Shown one piece after another: positions 9,993 to 18,177 of a stretch of DNA of 36,885 nucleotides (positions within the stretch are counted from its first letter, which is position 1; each line of letters opens with the position of its first letter). Location: positions 1 through 36,885 of the forward strand of contig DSDH01000573.1 of NCBI GenBank assembly GCA_011055475.1, written 5' to 3'. The notes below the pieces were generated by a model. It was given only the letters and a program-made list of their open reading frames with translations. It had not been told where the DNA came from and searched no databases. The DNA is from Phycisphaerales bacterium (lineage in GTDB: Bacteria > Planctomycetota > Phycisphaerae > Sedimentisphaerales > Anaerohalosphaeraceae). Made by a program: the position numbers and the translations under genes.

Positions 9993-11210
9993 TCAACGAT
10001 CCCGGCGGGCGGTCTCGTCGATCCGTTGCCAGACCCGCAAGAAGTTCTGGCCGCAGATCTTCCGCAGGTCCGCCTCGCTGTAGCCCATGCTCAGCAGCTC
10101 GGCCAGCAGGTTCGGATAGGCCGAGACGTCTTTGAGCCCCACGGGGACATGCGGACCGACACCGTCGAAATCACTGCCCAGACCCACCTGGTCGACGCCG
10201 ATCAGCTTGACGGCGTGATCGATATTCTGCCCCACATCGCGGACCGTTCCCCGGGCGATAGGGTGCGCCCTGCAGTACTCCTCAATAAACGCACCGCGCT
10301 CTTGGCCTTCGAGCCCGTGCTCGGCGATATGGGCGTCGATCGCCTCCCACCGGGTCAGGTACTCTCGGTAGACCCGCTCATTACAGAACATGTCGCCGAA
10401 GTTGATCTGGACGATGCCGCCCTTGTCCGCCAGGGCGCGGATCATCTCATCCGTCAGATTCCGCTCCCAGCCGGGCGTGAAGCATCGGCAGGATGAGTGC
10501 GACGCGATCACCGGTGCGCGGGAGTGCTCCAGCACGTCCCAGAACGCCTCATCCGAGACGTGCGACACGTCGATCATCATCCCCACGCGGTTCATCTCCG
10601 CGACCAGGCGCTTGCCGAAAGGGCTCAGGCCCTGCCACGGTCGATTCGTGTCGTAGGACGAATCGCAGATGTGGTTGCTCTGGCCGTGGCACAGGGTGAT
10701 ATATCGCACGCCGCGGTCGTAGTAGTGCTGCACGCGGGACAGGTCGCCTTGGATCGGCGCGCCGTTCTCAATGGCCAGGATGATCGAGATGCGCCCGTTT
10801 CCGAACTGCCGCCGCACGTCATCCGGCGACCGCGCGGCAGCGAAGTAGTCCGGCCACGTCGTCCAGAACTGCTCCACCCGGTCGATCGTCTCATCGGCAT
10901 AAACCCCGGCCGTGCCGTCGTCCTCACGTCGCGGCGGAACGTATACCGCGGCGAACACCGCGTCCAGGCCGCCCATTCGTGCCCGGGGATAGTCGAAGTC
11001 GCCAGACTCCGTCCGCCGGGAAATATCCTCATCGTGCTCCTCCAGGCGGTAGGGGACGTCGATATGGGAATCCAGCAACAGCACCTCATGCGCCAGGGCC
11101 CGCGCCCGGGCCAACAGAACCATGTCGGTCGTCTGGTCTGGTATCCCACCCGACAAGGCGACCTCGATGAGAACGGCAAACAGCCACCCGGTGAACAGGG
11201 TGCGTTTCAT
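9993..11210 (-). CDS. exported M19 (renal-type) dipeptidase
   Basis: Signal peptide 'MKRTLFTGWLFAVLIEVALSG'. 'LLLDSHIDVPYRL', 'ITLCHGQSN' and 'GLGSDFDG' match the M19 metal-site layout. Its ATG overlaps the upstream gene's stop (ATGA at 11207-11210). Confidence 0.85.
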   Translation of the reverse strand: MKRTLFTGWLFAVLIEVALSGGIPDQTTDMVLLARARALAHEVLLLDSHIDVPYRLEEHDEDISRRTESGDFDYPRARMGGLDAVFAAVYVPPRREDDGTAGVYADETIDRVEQFWTTWPDYFAAARSPDDVRRQFGNGRISIILAIENGAPIQGDLSRVQHYYDRGVRYITLCHGQSNHICDSSYDTNRPWQGLSPFGKRLVAEMNRVGMMIDVSHVSDEAFWDVLEHSRAPVIASHSSCRCFTPGWERNLTDEMIRALADKGGIVQINFGDMFCNERVYREYLTRWEAIDAHIAEHGLEGQERGAFIEEYCRAHPIARGTVRDVGQNIDHAVKLIGVDQVGLGSDFDGVGPHVPVGLKDVSAYPNLLAELLSMGYSEADLRKICGQNFLRVWQRIDETARRDR

Positions 11211-12031
11211 GGCCGGATCGCTCCTAACCGCGGTCCGATGCACGCTCGAACGAGCGCGCCGTAAATGGCATCCCGATGTTCCAGGTCGTCCATGGATTCC
11301 GGGTGCCACTGCACGAACAGGCCGAACGCCCCATCCGTGCGTTCCATCGCCTCGATCACGCCGTCAGCGCTGCGGGCCGCGATCCGCAGGCCCCGGCCAA
11401 GCCGGTCGACGGCCTGGTGATGGTTGGACAAGACCGTCACCTCCGGCGCCCCCAATCGCCAGGCCAGGGTGCTGCCGGTCTCCAACCGCACGGTGTGGTA
11501 CACGCCGCCCGGCCGCCGATGGGCGATCTCGGCGCCGACCTGCGAGGGAATATCCTGGATCAGTGTGCCCCCGCGGACGACGTTGACCAGTTGCATACCC
11601 AGGCAGACCCCCAGCAACGGCTTTCGGGTCCGCCACCAGCGTTCGACGAGCCGTCGCTCGAAGGCGAATCGTTGATTGGGCACGACCTCCACCGTCGGGT
11701 GGGGCTGCTGGCCATAGACATCGGGCGGGATGTCGGCCCCCCCGATCAGGATCAGGCCGTCCAGTTCGGCCACGTACCGGTCGATCGTCTCCTCGCCGTC
11801 CACCGTGGGCAGCACCACGGGCACGCCACCGTTGTTCTCCACGGCCCGGATATAGGCGAACGGCACGCGTATCTGTTCGGACCCGCTCGAGGAAGGCTCA
11901 TAGACGCTGGACATCCCGATCAGCGGTCGTGCCAACGGCCGAGGCTGCCCACAGCCCGAAGAAGGGCCCAAACCGAGACCCAGGACGATCGCCGCCCCGC
12001 ACACCATCAGCATCCTTCGAATCGCCTGCAT
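11207..12031 (-). CDS. C26 peptidase / class I glutamine amidotransferase-like gamma-glutamyl hydrolase (PuuD-like), lipoprotein signal
   Basis: Track ORF 11207..12535 trimmed to 'MQAIRRMLMVCGAAIVLGLGLGPSSGC' (ATG 12029-12031). Nucleophile elbow 'LGVCLGMQLVN'. 'SNHHQAV' His motif. Confidence 0.85.
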   Translation of the reverse strand: MQAIRRMLMVCGAAIVLGLGLGPSSGCGQPRPLARPLIGMSSVYEPSSSGSEQIRVPFAYIRAVENNGGVPVVLPTVDGEETIDRYVAELDGLILIGGADIPPDVYGQQPHPTVEVVPNQRFAFERRLVERWWRTRKPLLGVCLGMQLVNVVRGGTLIQDIPSQVGAEIAHRRPGGVYHTVRLETGSTLAWRLGAPEVTVLSNHHQAVDRLGRGLRIAARSADGVIEAMERTDGAFGLFVQWHPESMDDLEHRDAIYGALVRACIGPRLGAIRP

Positions 12032-12186
12032 ACTTCGTTCCTTGTTCCGATAATTCGCGCCGCGTCCCTTTCCAGCGTAGCGGCAGGCTCCGGCGAAGTC
12101 AAAGACCCTCTCAAGTCCCTGGGCCGGGGCGGGGCCGGCCCCTCGGCCGGGGCAATTTTCTGGGACAATTTGTGCATTTCTGTTGT

Positions 12187-12325
12187 GTTTTTCCCGAAGG
12201 CAACCTGTAAAGTATGAGCTTATGGAGTGTACGCTTTGGTCTCTCAAGTGTGTGCTTCGTCTGGGATAAGTAAGGTTCGAGAGACAGTCACAACGGCCGG
12301 GCGATCGGCCAGGGAGTAACGAGCA
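12187..12325 (+). promoter_or_regulatory. csp-1 promoter-proximal region and long 5' leader (conserved blocks shared with csp-2)
   Basis: Blocks: GTTTTTCCCGAA (12187-12198); TCTCTCAAGT (12240-12249); hairpin ggccg-ggcgat-cggcc (12295-12310) directly 5' of the SD GGGAG. The same order and similar spacing occur upstream of csp-2. Confidence 0.45.
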
Positions 12326-12529
12326 GTGGGTACAGGAACAGTGAAGTGGTTCAATGCAAGCAAGGGTTTTGGGTTCATCAAGCCGGATGATGGGGGCGAG
12401 GATCTGTTCGTCCATTATTCCGAAATCCAGGTGGACGGATACGCCACGCTTGATGAGAACCAGCGCGTGGAGTTTGAGGTGGGCCAGGGGCGCAAGGGAC
12501 CGTGCGCCACGAAGGTCGTGCCTCTGTAG
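12326..12529 (+). CDS. cold-shock protein (CspA family), GTG start
   Basis: 67 aa. RNP1 'KGFGFI', RNP2 'LFVHYS', 'GTVKWFN'. Confidence 0.92.
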   Translation: MGTGTVKWFNASKGFGFIKPDDGGEDLFVHYSEIQVDGYATLDENQRVEFEVGQGRKGPCATKVVPL

Positions 12530-12549
12530 GGTCATCCCACAGCCAAGGG

Positions 12550-12588
12550 CCGGGCCCGGTCGAGATGTGACCGGGCCCCGGTTTTTTT
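12550..12588 (+). terminator. rho-independent terminator of csp-1
   Basis: gggcccggtc-gagatgt-gaccgggccc (10-bp stem, 12552-12578), then cggTTTTTTT (12579-12588). Confidence 0.75.
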
Positions 12589-12707
12589 GTGCCGGACCGG
12601 TTATTCCGTCCTATTGGCGGCCGCCCGACCGGGCTTTTCGGGGTCCCAGGCGGTTTGGGCGGGCGGATCGCGGAAGAATATTTTGAATTCTTCTGGTTTT
12701 ATCTTCC

Positions 12708-12836
12708 GTTTTTCCCGAAAAAGCGTATATAGGTGTGCATGGGGTATATACTTTCATCTCTCAAGTCTATACATCCCTATCAAAGAGAACGAGAGATTCA
12801 TGTGAAGTGGCCGAATGACCGGCCAAGGAGTAAGCA
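12708..12836 (+). promoter_or_regulatory. csp-2 promoter-proximal region and long 5' leader
   Basis: Blocks: GTTTTTCCCGAA (12708-12719); TCTCTCAAGT (12757-12766); hairpin ggccg-aatgac-cggcc (12809-12824) directly 5' of the SD AAGGAG. Confidence 0.45.
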
Positions 12837-13040
12837 GTGAGTACAGGAACAGTCAAGTGGTTCAACGCGAGCAAGGGCTTTGGGTTCATCACCCCGGATG
12901 GCGGCGGCGAGGATTTGTTCGTCCACCATTCCGAGATTCAGATGGCCGGCTACAAGACGCTCGCCGAGGACCAGGCGGTCCAGTTTGAGATCGGCCAGGG
13001 CAAAAAAGGCCCGTGTGCAACCAACGTCAAGCCGCTCTAA
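12837..13040 (+). CDS. cold-shock protein (CspA family), GTG start, paralogue of 12326..12529
   Basis: 67 aa. '[15 protein letters not shown]', 'LFVHHS'. Same length as csp-1, with most positions identical. Confidence 0.92.
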   Translation: MSTGTVKWFNASKGFGFITPDGGGEDLFVHHSEIQMAGYKTLAEDQAVQFEIGQGKKGPCATNVKPL

Positions 13041-13061
13041 CGGCCCCGCGGAGTTTGCATG

Positions 13062-13100
13062 AAAAAAGGGCTCTGCCGCAAGGCAGGGCCCTTTTCTTTG
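13062..13100. terminator. bidirectional rho-independent terminator shared by csp-2 (+) and the radical SAM gene (-)
   Basis: AAAAAA (13062-13067), then gggctctgcc-gcaa-ggcagggccc (10-bp stem with one G-U pair, 13068-13091), then TTTTCTTTG (13092-13100). Confidence 0.8.
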
Positions 13101-13168
13101 GACAAAGCACTCGGCCGTTCGTTTCCGCCCCTTCTCTTGCGATCACGGACCGCCCGCCGGCGGATCGG

Positions 13169-14734
13169 TCAGGCCGGTCCGGAGACCTCCCGCTCGGCGG
13201 CGACCGGCGCGGGGACAGCCATGGGCATCGGGCCGTGGACCAGATTCTGGGTCTCACAACTCAGGCGGCGGATGATCTTGCGGAAGTGATATCCGTAGAT
13301 CGAGAAGGTCACCGCCAGCGGCAACGTGCGCGGCCGACGCAGCGACCAGAACAGCAGCTTCCAGTAATGCTTGCGGCCGCGGTCCAGGATGCCGATGCGC
13401 CACATCGACTTGACGAAGGCCCCCAGCTCCTTCCAGTGCACCCGCCATTTGCGTCCTTCCGGCACCCGGTAACGCTCCAGAAACGTGCGGATCCGCTCGG
13501 CGTGCTGTTGGGGCGAATAGATATGCTCGATCACGCGTCGATAACCGGCCATGAGTTTTTCGAGGCCCATCCGGGGGGCGAAGTTGATCGAGCAATCGGT
13601 GTTGTCCCCCGTAGGCGTTCGGAACAACCGGTGTTCCGCGAGCAATCGCCGGTAGAGCTGCGTCCCGCGGGGGGCGTTGAGCAGGCCGACCATCGCCGTG
13701 ACGATGCCGCTTTTCTGAATGAACTGAATAAGATTGTCAAAGACGCCGGCGTCGTCGTGATCGAAGCCGAGAATGAACCCGCCCTGCGTCTGCAGGCCCG
13801 CTCTCTGGATGCGGGCGACGCATTCCAGCAGGTCTCGCCCGGTGTTTTGCACCTTGTTGCACTCGGTCAGACACTGCTGGTCCGGGCTCTCAATGCCGAC
13901 GAACACGCAGTCGAACCCCGCGCGGACCATCGCGCTCATCAGCTCCTCGTCGTCGGCCAGGTTGATCGAGGCCTGGGTGTTGAATGCGAACGGATGCCCT
14001 CGATGTTCCATCCAGTCGGTGATCGCGGGCAACAGCTCCCGCTTGAGCACGGCCTTGTTGCCGATGAAGTTGTCGTCCACGAAGAACACGTAGTCGCGCC
14101 ACCCTCGTTGATACAGCACCTCCAACTCGGCGACGATCTGGGCCGCGCTCTTGGTTCGAATCCGATGCCCGAACAGCGTGGTAATGTCGCAGAAATCGCA
14201 GTTAAACGGACAGCCGCGGGAGTACTGAATGGCCATCGAGGCGTACTTGCGCGGATCGACCAGGTCCCATCGCGGCATGGGTGTGCTCTGCAAATCGGGT
14301 TTGTCGTGCGTGTTGTAGATCTTGCGGGCGCAACCGTTCTGCAAATCCTCCAGGAACCGCGGCAGGGTCAGCTCGGCTTCCTTCAGGACAAGATGATCCA
14401 CGTGGAGGTATTCTTCGGGCAGGCTGGTGAACAGCGGTCCGCCGGCGACGATGGGCACCCCGGCCTGACGACACCGATCGATGACGGCATCGGTCGAGGG
14501 CCGCTGTACGAGCATCGCGGTCAAGAAGACGTAGTCCGCCCAGGCCAAGTGTCGATCCCGCAACGGGGAGGTGTTCATGTCGATCAACTTCAGATTCCAG
14601 TCATCGGGCAGCAGGCCGGCGACGGTGAGTAGACCCAGCGGGGGCAGCATGGCCTTTCGGCCGATGAACTTCAGGGCGTTCTTGAGGCCCCAGAAGGTGT
14701 CCGGAAACTCCGGGTTGATCAATAAGATGTTCAT
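13169..14734 (-). CDS. B12-binding-domain radical SAM protein (class B, DUF4070-type C-terminus)
   Basis: N-terminus 'MNILLINPEFPDTFWGLKNALKFIGRKAMLPPLGLLTVAGLLPDDWNLKLIDMN' (cobalamin-binding-domain style). Radical SAM cluster motif 'GCPFNCDFCD'. The start is set at ATG 14732-14734, preceded by GGAGAA. Confidence 0.85.
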   Translation of the reverse strand: MNILLINPEFPDTFWGLKNALKFIGRKAMLPPLGLLTVAGLLPDDWNLKLIDMNTSPLRDRHLAWADYVFLTAMLVQRPSTDAVIDRCRQAGVPIVAGGPLFTSLPEEYLHVDHLVLKEAELTLPRFLEDLQNGCARKIYNTHDKPDLQSTPMPRWDLVDPRKYASMAIQYSRGCPFNCDFCDITTLFGHRIRTKSAAQIVAELEVLYQRGWRDYVFFVDDNFIGNKAVLKRELLPAITDWMEHRGHPFAFNTQASINLADDEELMSAMVRAGFDCVFVGIESPDQQCLTECNKVQNTGRDLLECVARIQRAGLQTQGGFILGFDHDDAGVFDNLIQFIQKSGIVTAMVGLLNAPRGTQLYRRLLAEHRLFRTPTGDNTDCSINFAPRMGLEKLMAGYRRVIEHIYSPQQHAERIRTFLERYRVPEGRKWRVHWKELGAFVKSMWRIGILDRGRKHYWKLLFWSLRRPRTLPLAVTFSIYGYHFRKIIRRLSCETQNLVHGPMPMAVPAPVAAEREVSGPA

Positions 14735-15066
14735 GGCGTTCTCCATCACACGTCATTGCGTCCCCGATCGAGGCGCGACCGGGACGACAGTCCAGCGAAG
14801 TGTCTTTCCGCATACGAGGAAGGAGAAGGAGCCGAGGAGGCATCGTAGAGGGACACGACCCGATTGCCGATCACACCGCCGCCGACCTTCTATTCCAGGA
14901 AACTACGCAGGTCTTCACCCTTGCCAAACTGGGCCTGATCACAGGCCGATTATCGTTTCTACGAACACCATACCGCGCCGGTGCTCCTCGAAACACCGGA
15001 AAACGAGAAAAACAGACCCCGATATTTCGCCGATGCGGCGGGTTTTCTTTCCCCGGACGCCCGTTC

Positions 15067-15075
15067 TGCTATAAT
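15067..15075 (+). promoter_or_regulatory. extended -10 promoter element (TGcTATAAT) immediately upstream of rarA
   Basis: TGCTATAAT lies at 15067-15075. The rarA ATG begins at 15083 and has no SD-like purine tract between them. Confidence 0.4.
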
Positions 15076-15082
15076 ACGCCCC

Positions 15083-16468
15083 ATGGCGGAGCGTCCCGAC
15101 AACCTTTTCGCGCGCGCCGAGCACGAGCGGCTCCAGGCCCAGGCGCCGCTGGCGGTGCGGATGCGCCCCACCGACCTGGACGACTTCGTCGGGCAGGAGC
15201 ATTTCATGGGTCCGGGCAAGCTTTTGCGGCGAATGCTCCAGGCCGACCGGCTTTCCAGCCTGATCTTCTACGGCCCGCCGGGCTCGGGCAAGACCAGCCT
15301 GGCCCGGGTGATCGCCGCCAAGACCTGCGCGAAGTTTCACTATCTCAGCGCCCCGGCCGCAGGCGTCAAGGACGTCCGCGCTATTTGTGACGACGCCCGA
15401 CAGCGATTGGCCACCGGTGGGGGCCGGACCCTGCTGTTCCTGGACGAGATACACCGGTTCAACCGCGCACAGCAGGATGTCCTGCTGGACGACGTTGAAA
15501 ACGGCATTATCCTGCTGATCGGGGCGACCACGGAGAACCCCTATTTTTCGGTGAATTCGCCCTTGGTCAGCCGCAGTACGGTGTTCCAGTTCGAGCCTTT
15601 GGGCGTCGAACAAGTCATGGCGATCCTGCGTCGGGCGATCGCCGATCCGGACCGGGGCCTGGGCCGGCATCGCATCATGGCCGACGACGAGGCCCTGCGG
15701 TACCTGGCGGTGGCCTGCGATGGTGACGCCCGGCGGGCCCTGACGGCCCTGGAAGTGGGCGTTCTGAGCACGGCGGCGGATGCGAAAACCGCGGAAATCC
15801 GCTTCGATGTGAATCTGGCTAAAGAATCCATCCAGCAGAAGTCGATTCAATACGATGGTAGCGGTGATACCCACTATGATTTGGCCAGCGCCTTTCAGAA
15901 GAGCATGCGGGGTTCGGACCCGGATGCGACGGTGTATTGGCTTGCGCGGATGATCGCCGGGGGTGAGGACAGCCGGTTTATCGCCCGGCGGATCGCGGTT
16001 TGTGCGGCCGAGGACGTGGGTAACGCCGATCCGGTGGCCACGATGCTGGCCGCGGCGGCGGTGCAGATCGCCGAGTTCGTCGGCCTGCCCGAGGCCCAAC
16101 TGCCGTTGGCCCAGGCGGCGATTTACGTGGCCTGCGCCCCGAAGTCGAACGCCTCGGCCAAGGCCGTCTGGCAGGCCGTTGCGGACGTGCAGCAGGGGCG
16201 GACGATACCCGTCCCGCCCCACCTGCGGGATGCGCACTATGCCGGGGCCAAGACGCTGGGCCGGGGCCAGGGGTATCAGTATCCGCACGACCGGCCCGAT
16301 GGCTTCGTGCCGCAGGACTACGTGGGCCAGGACTTGGGCAAACGCTATTATTGTCCCAAGCCCGTCGGCCGGGAGAAGAAGCTGGGCGAGTATTTACAAA
16401 CATTTCGAGATCAGTTAGAACGATGCCGTGGACAGCAAAAATCGGCCGATCCACCGGACAAACCCTGA
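15083..16468 (+). CDS. rarA: replication-associated recombination protein A (AAA+ ATPase)
   Basis: 'PLAVRMRPTDLDDFVGQEHF' aligns with the E. coli RarA N-terminus '[20 protein letters not shown]'. Walker A 'GPPGSGKTS'. 'LFLDEIHRFN'. C-terminal 'HLRDAHYAGAKTLGRGQGYQYPHD'. Confidence 0.92.
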   Translation: MAERPDNLFARAEHERLQAQAPLAVRMRPTDLDDFVGQEHFMGPGKLLRRMLQADRLSSLIFYGPPGSGKTSLARVIAAKTCAKFHYLSAPAAGVKDVRAICDDARQRLATGGGRTLLFLDEIHRFNRAQQDVLLDDVENGIILLIGATTENPYFSVNSPLVSRSTVFQFEPLGVEQVMAILRRAIADPDRGLGRHRIMADDEALRYLAVACDGDARRALTALEVGVLSTAADAKTAEIRFDVNLAKESIQQKSIQYDGSGDTHYDLASAFQKSMRGSDPDATVYWLARMIAGGEDSRFIARRIAVCAAEDVGNADPVATMLAAAAVQIAEFVGLPEAQLPLAQAAIYVACAPKSNASAKAVWQAVADVQQGRTIPVPPHLRDAHYAGAKTLGRGQGYQYPHDRPDGFVPQDYVGQDLGKRYYCPKPVGREKKLGEYLQTFRDQLERCRGQQKSADPPDKP

Positions 16469-17058
16469 TGGACAAACAGACCTTGCGTGGGCGGATCAAG
16501 GATCGGCTTGAGGGCCTGGATTCGCAGGTTCGGGCCCACAAGAGCCGGCGCGTGTGCGAGCATGTGATTGCGGCGCCGGAGTACGAGCGGGCCGGGGTGG
16601 TCTTGGTCTACCTGCCGATTCCCGGCGAGGTGGACCTGTCGGCGGCGATTCTTCATGCATGGCAACACGGCAAGACGGTGGCGGCCCCGAAAGTCGATTG
16701 GCGGCAGCGGCACATGACGCCGGTGGAAATCCAGTCGCTCGACGTGGGGTTTGACCAGTCGGTCTCGGGGCTGCGGAATCCCCGCGGGGGCGTACCCGTG
16801 CCGCCGGCGGATATTGACATGGTGTTGGTGCCCGGGTTGGCGTTTGACCAAAGCGGGGGACGACTGGGCCGCGGCGGCGGATTCTATGATCGGTTTCTGG
16901 CCACGACCGGATTGAACGCCCCGGCGTTCGGCGTGGCCTTTGGCGAACAGATGGTCGAGGCGGTTCCGATGGACCCGCACGATCGTTTCATGGATGGCGT
17001 GGTGACGGATGAACAGTTTATCCGGTGCGCCGAGCAGGGAGGACCTGAACATGGCTAG
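16468..17058 (+). CDS. 5-formyltetrahydrofolate cyclo-ligase
   Basis: 'VPGLAFDQSGGRLGRGGGFYDRFL' signature. The start is set at 'MDKQTLRGRIKDRL'. Its ATG (16468-16470) shares one nucleotide with the rarA TGA (16466-16468). Confidence 0.85.
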   Translation: MDKQTLRGRIKDRLEGLDSQVRAHKSRRVCEHVIAAPEYERAGVVLVYLPIPGEVDLSAAILHAWQHGKTVAAPKVDWRQRHMTPVEIQSLDVGFDQSVSGLRNPRGGVPVPPADIDMVLVPGLAFDQSGGRLGRGGGFYDRFLATTGLNAPAFGVAFGEQMVEAVPMDPHDRFMDGVVTDEQFIRCAEQGGPEHG

Positions 17059-18157
17059 GCGATATCGCTACAAGTCGTACCGGCAGCGTCAGCGGGAAAA
17101 CCGGAATATGGTGCTGATCGGCGTCGCCGGCATCATCGTTGTTGGTGGCGTCTTCTATCTGGTCAAGAAGCGGGCGGTCAGCGCCATTGGGCTTCCCGGG
17201 ACGGGCGTCGAGACGGTCCTGGACAGCGAAGGGCCGGTCATGGGGGATTTCGAGCGGGCGATTGAAACGCCCGGCAACCGCGTCGTGCCGCCGGCCAATC
17301 CGACACCGGCCGGGACGGTTCAGCCCGCCGCGCCGGCGGCGCCGGCCGAGGTGAATCCGCACGCTGCTGCGGACGAGACCACCAGTCCCGAGGCGATCAC
17401 CCTGATCGAATCGGCGGTGACCGACGCCCAACAGGGCCGGCTTATCGCCGCACGCAATAAGTTCAATGAGGTGTTGAGCCTGGATCTGAGTTCGCAGGTT
17501 CGCAGCCGCGTCAAGGAGAATATGGCCGCGCTGGCCACGCAGTGGCTGTTCGGCAAGGATGTCCTGGTCGGCGACACGCTGACGGGCTGGTATGATGTCA
17601 AGCCGGGCGATTACCTGTCGCATATCGCGCGGGCGCACAAGGTGCCCTACGAGTTGCTGATGAAGATCAACGGGCTCAAGGACCCGCGCGACCTGCGGGC
17701 CGGGAGTCGGATCAAGGTGGTCAACGGACCGTTCCATGCCAAGGTGTACTGTTCGGCCTACCGTATGGATCTGTATTTGGGTGACGTATACGTCAAGAGT
17801 TACCGCGTCGGCTTGGGCAAGGAGGGCCGCGAGACGCCCAAGGGCGTCTGGTGCGTGCGCTCGGGCGGCAAGCTCATCAAGCCCAACTGGACCGATCCGG
17901 ACACCGGTCGACGCTACCTGGCCGACGATCCCGAATACCCGCTCGGCTCGCGATGGATCGCCCTGAAGGGTCTGGAGGGCGAGGCCGGCGTCAAGGAAAA
18001 GAACGGTGAAACGGGCTACGCCATTCACGGCACCAAGGAACCCGAGTCCATCGGTACGCGGTCGAGCCGGGGCTGCATCCGCCTGTTCAACGGCGAGGTG
18101 ATCGAGCTGTATGACATGCTCGTGCCGGTCGACAGCCGCGTGACCATCCTGGATTGA
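17051..18157 (+). CDS. membrane-anchored LysM + YkuD L,D-transpeptidase
   Basis: TM anchor 'MVLIGVAGIIVVGGVFYLV'. LysM 'YDVKPGDYLSHIARAHKVPYELLMKINGL'. YkuD catalytic motif 'HGTKEPESIGTRSSRGCIRL'. GGGAGGA SD. Overlaps the upstream stop by 8 nt. Confidence 0.87.
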   Translation: MARRYRYKSYRQRQRENRNMVLIGVAGIIVVGGVFYLVKKRAVSAIGLPGTGVETVLDSEGPVMGDFERAIETPGNRVVPPANPTPAGTVQPAAPAAPAEVNPHAAADETTSPEAITLIESAVTDAQQGRLIAARNKFNEVLSLDLSSQVRSRVKENMAALATQWLFGKDVLVGDTLTGWYDVKPGDYLSHIARAHKVPYELLMKINGLKDPRDLRAGSRIKVVNGPFHAKVYCSAYRMDLYLGDVYVKSYRVGLGKEGRETPKGVWCVRSGGKLIKPNWTDPDTGRRYLADDPEYPLGSRWIALKGLEGEAGVKEKNGETGYAIHGTKEPESIGTRSSRGCIRLFNGEVIELYDMLVPVDSRVTILD

Positions 18158-18177
18158 CCGGCGGCGTGGGAGGGGGC

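Noticed and set aside
12032-12535. N-terminal 168 codons of track ORF 11207..12535
   Set aside because: This extension runs antisense through the csp-1 gene and its leader. The real protein starts at the signal peptide 'MQAIRRML' (ATG 12031), which has an SD.
14816-14840. Purine tract gaggaaggagaaggagccgaggagg in the radical SAM/rarA divergent spacer
   Set aside because: It looks like stacked SD sequences, but no credible ORF follows on the plus strand (track ORF 14800..15390 is Arg/Gly-rich junk overlapping rarA out of frame). It has no repeat periodicity and is probably just spacer composition.
14735-15066. Possible cobalamin riboswitch upstream of the B12-binding radical SAM gene
   Set aside because: I read the minus strand looking for the B12 box and the conserved GGUG/AAUC/GCCACUG cores. 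I found only a loose 'GAAGACCTGCG' resemblance, in the wrong position relative to the gene. That is not enough to call a riboswitch; a covariance-model scan (Rfam RF00174) would settle it.
14939-16288. 449-aa minus-strand ORF opposite rarA. Similar cases: 264..1532, 1652..2575, 7502..8614, 7684..8778, 10497..11264, 13013..14632, 20752..21762, 23157..24143, 25978..27537, 27272..28726
   Set aside because: Each is fully overlapped by a recognisable gene on the other strand and has Arg/Pro/Gly-biased composition. I treat them as non-coding.
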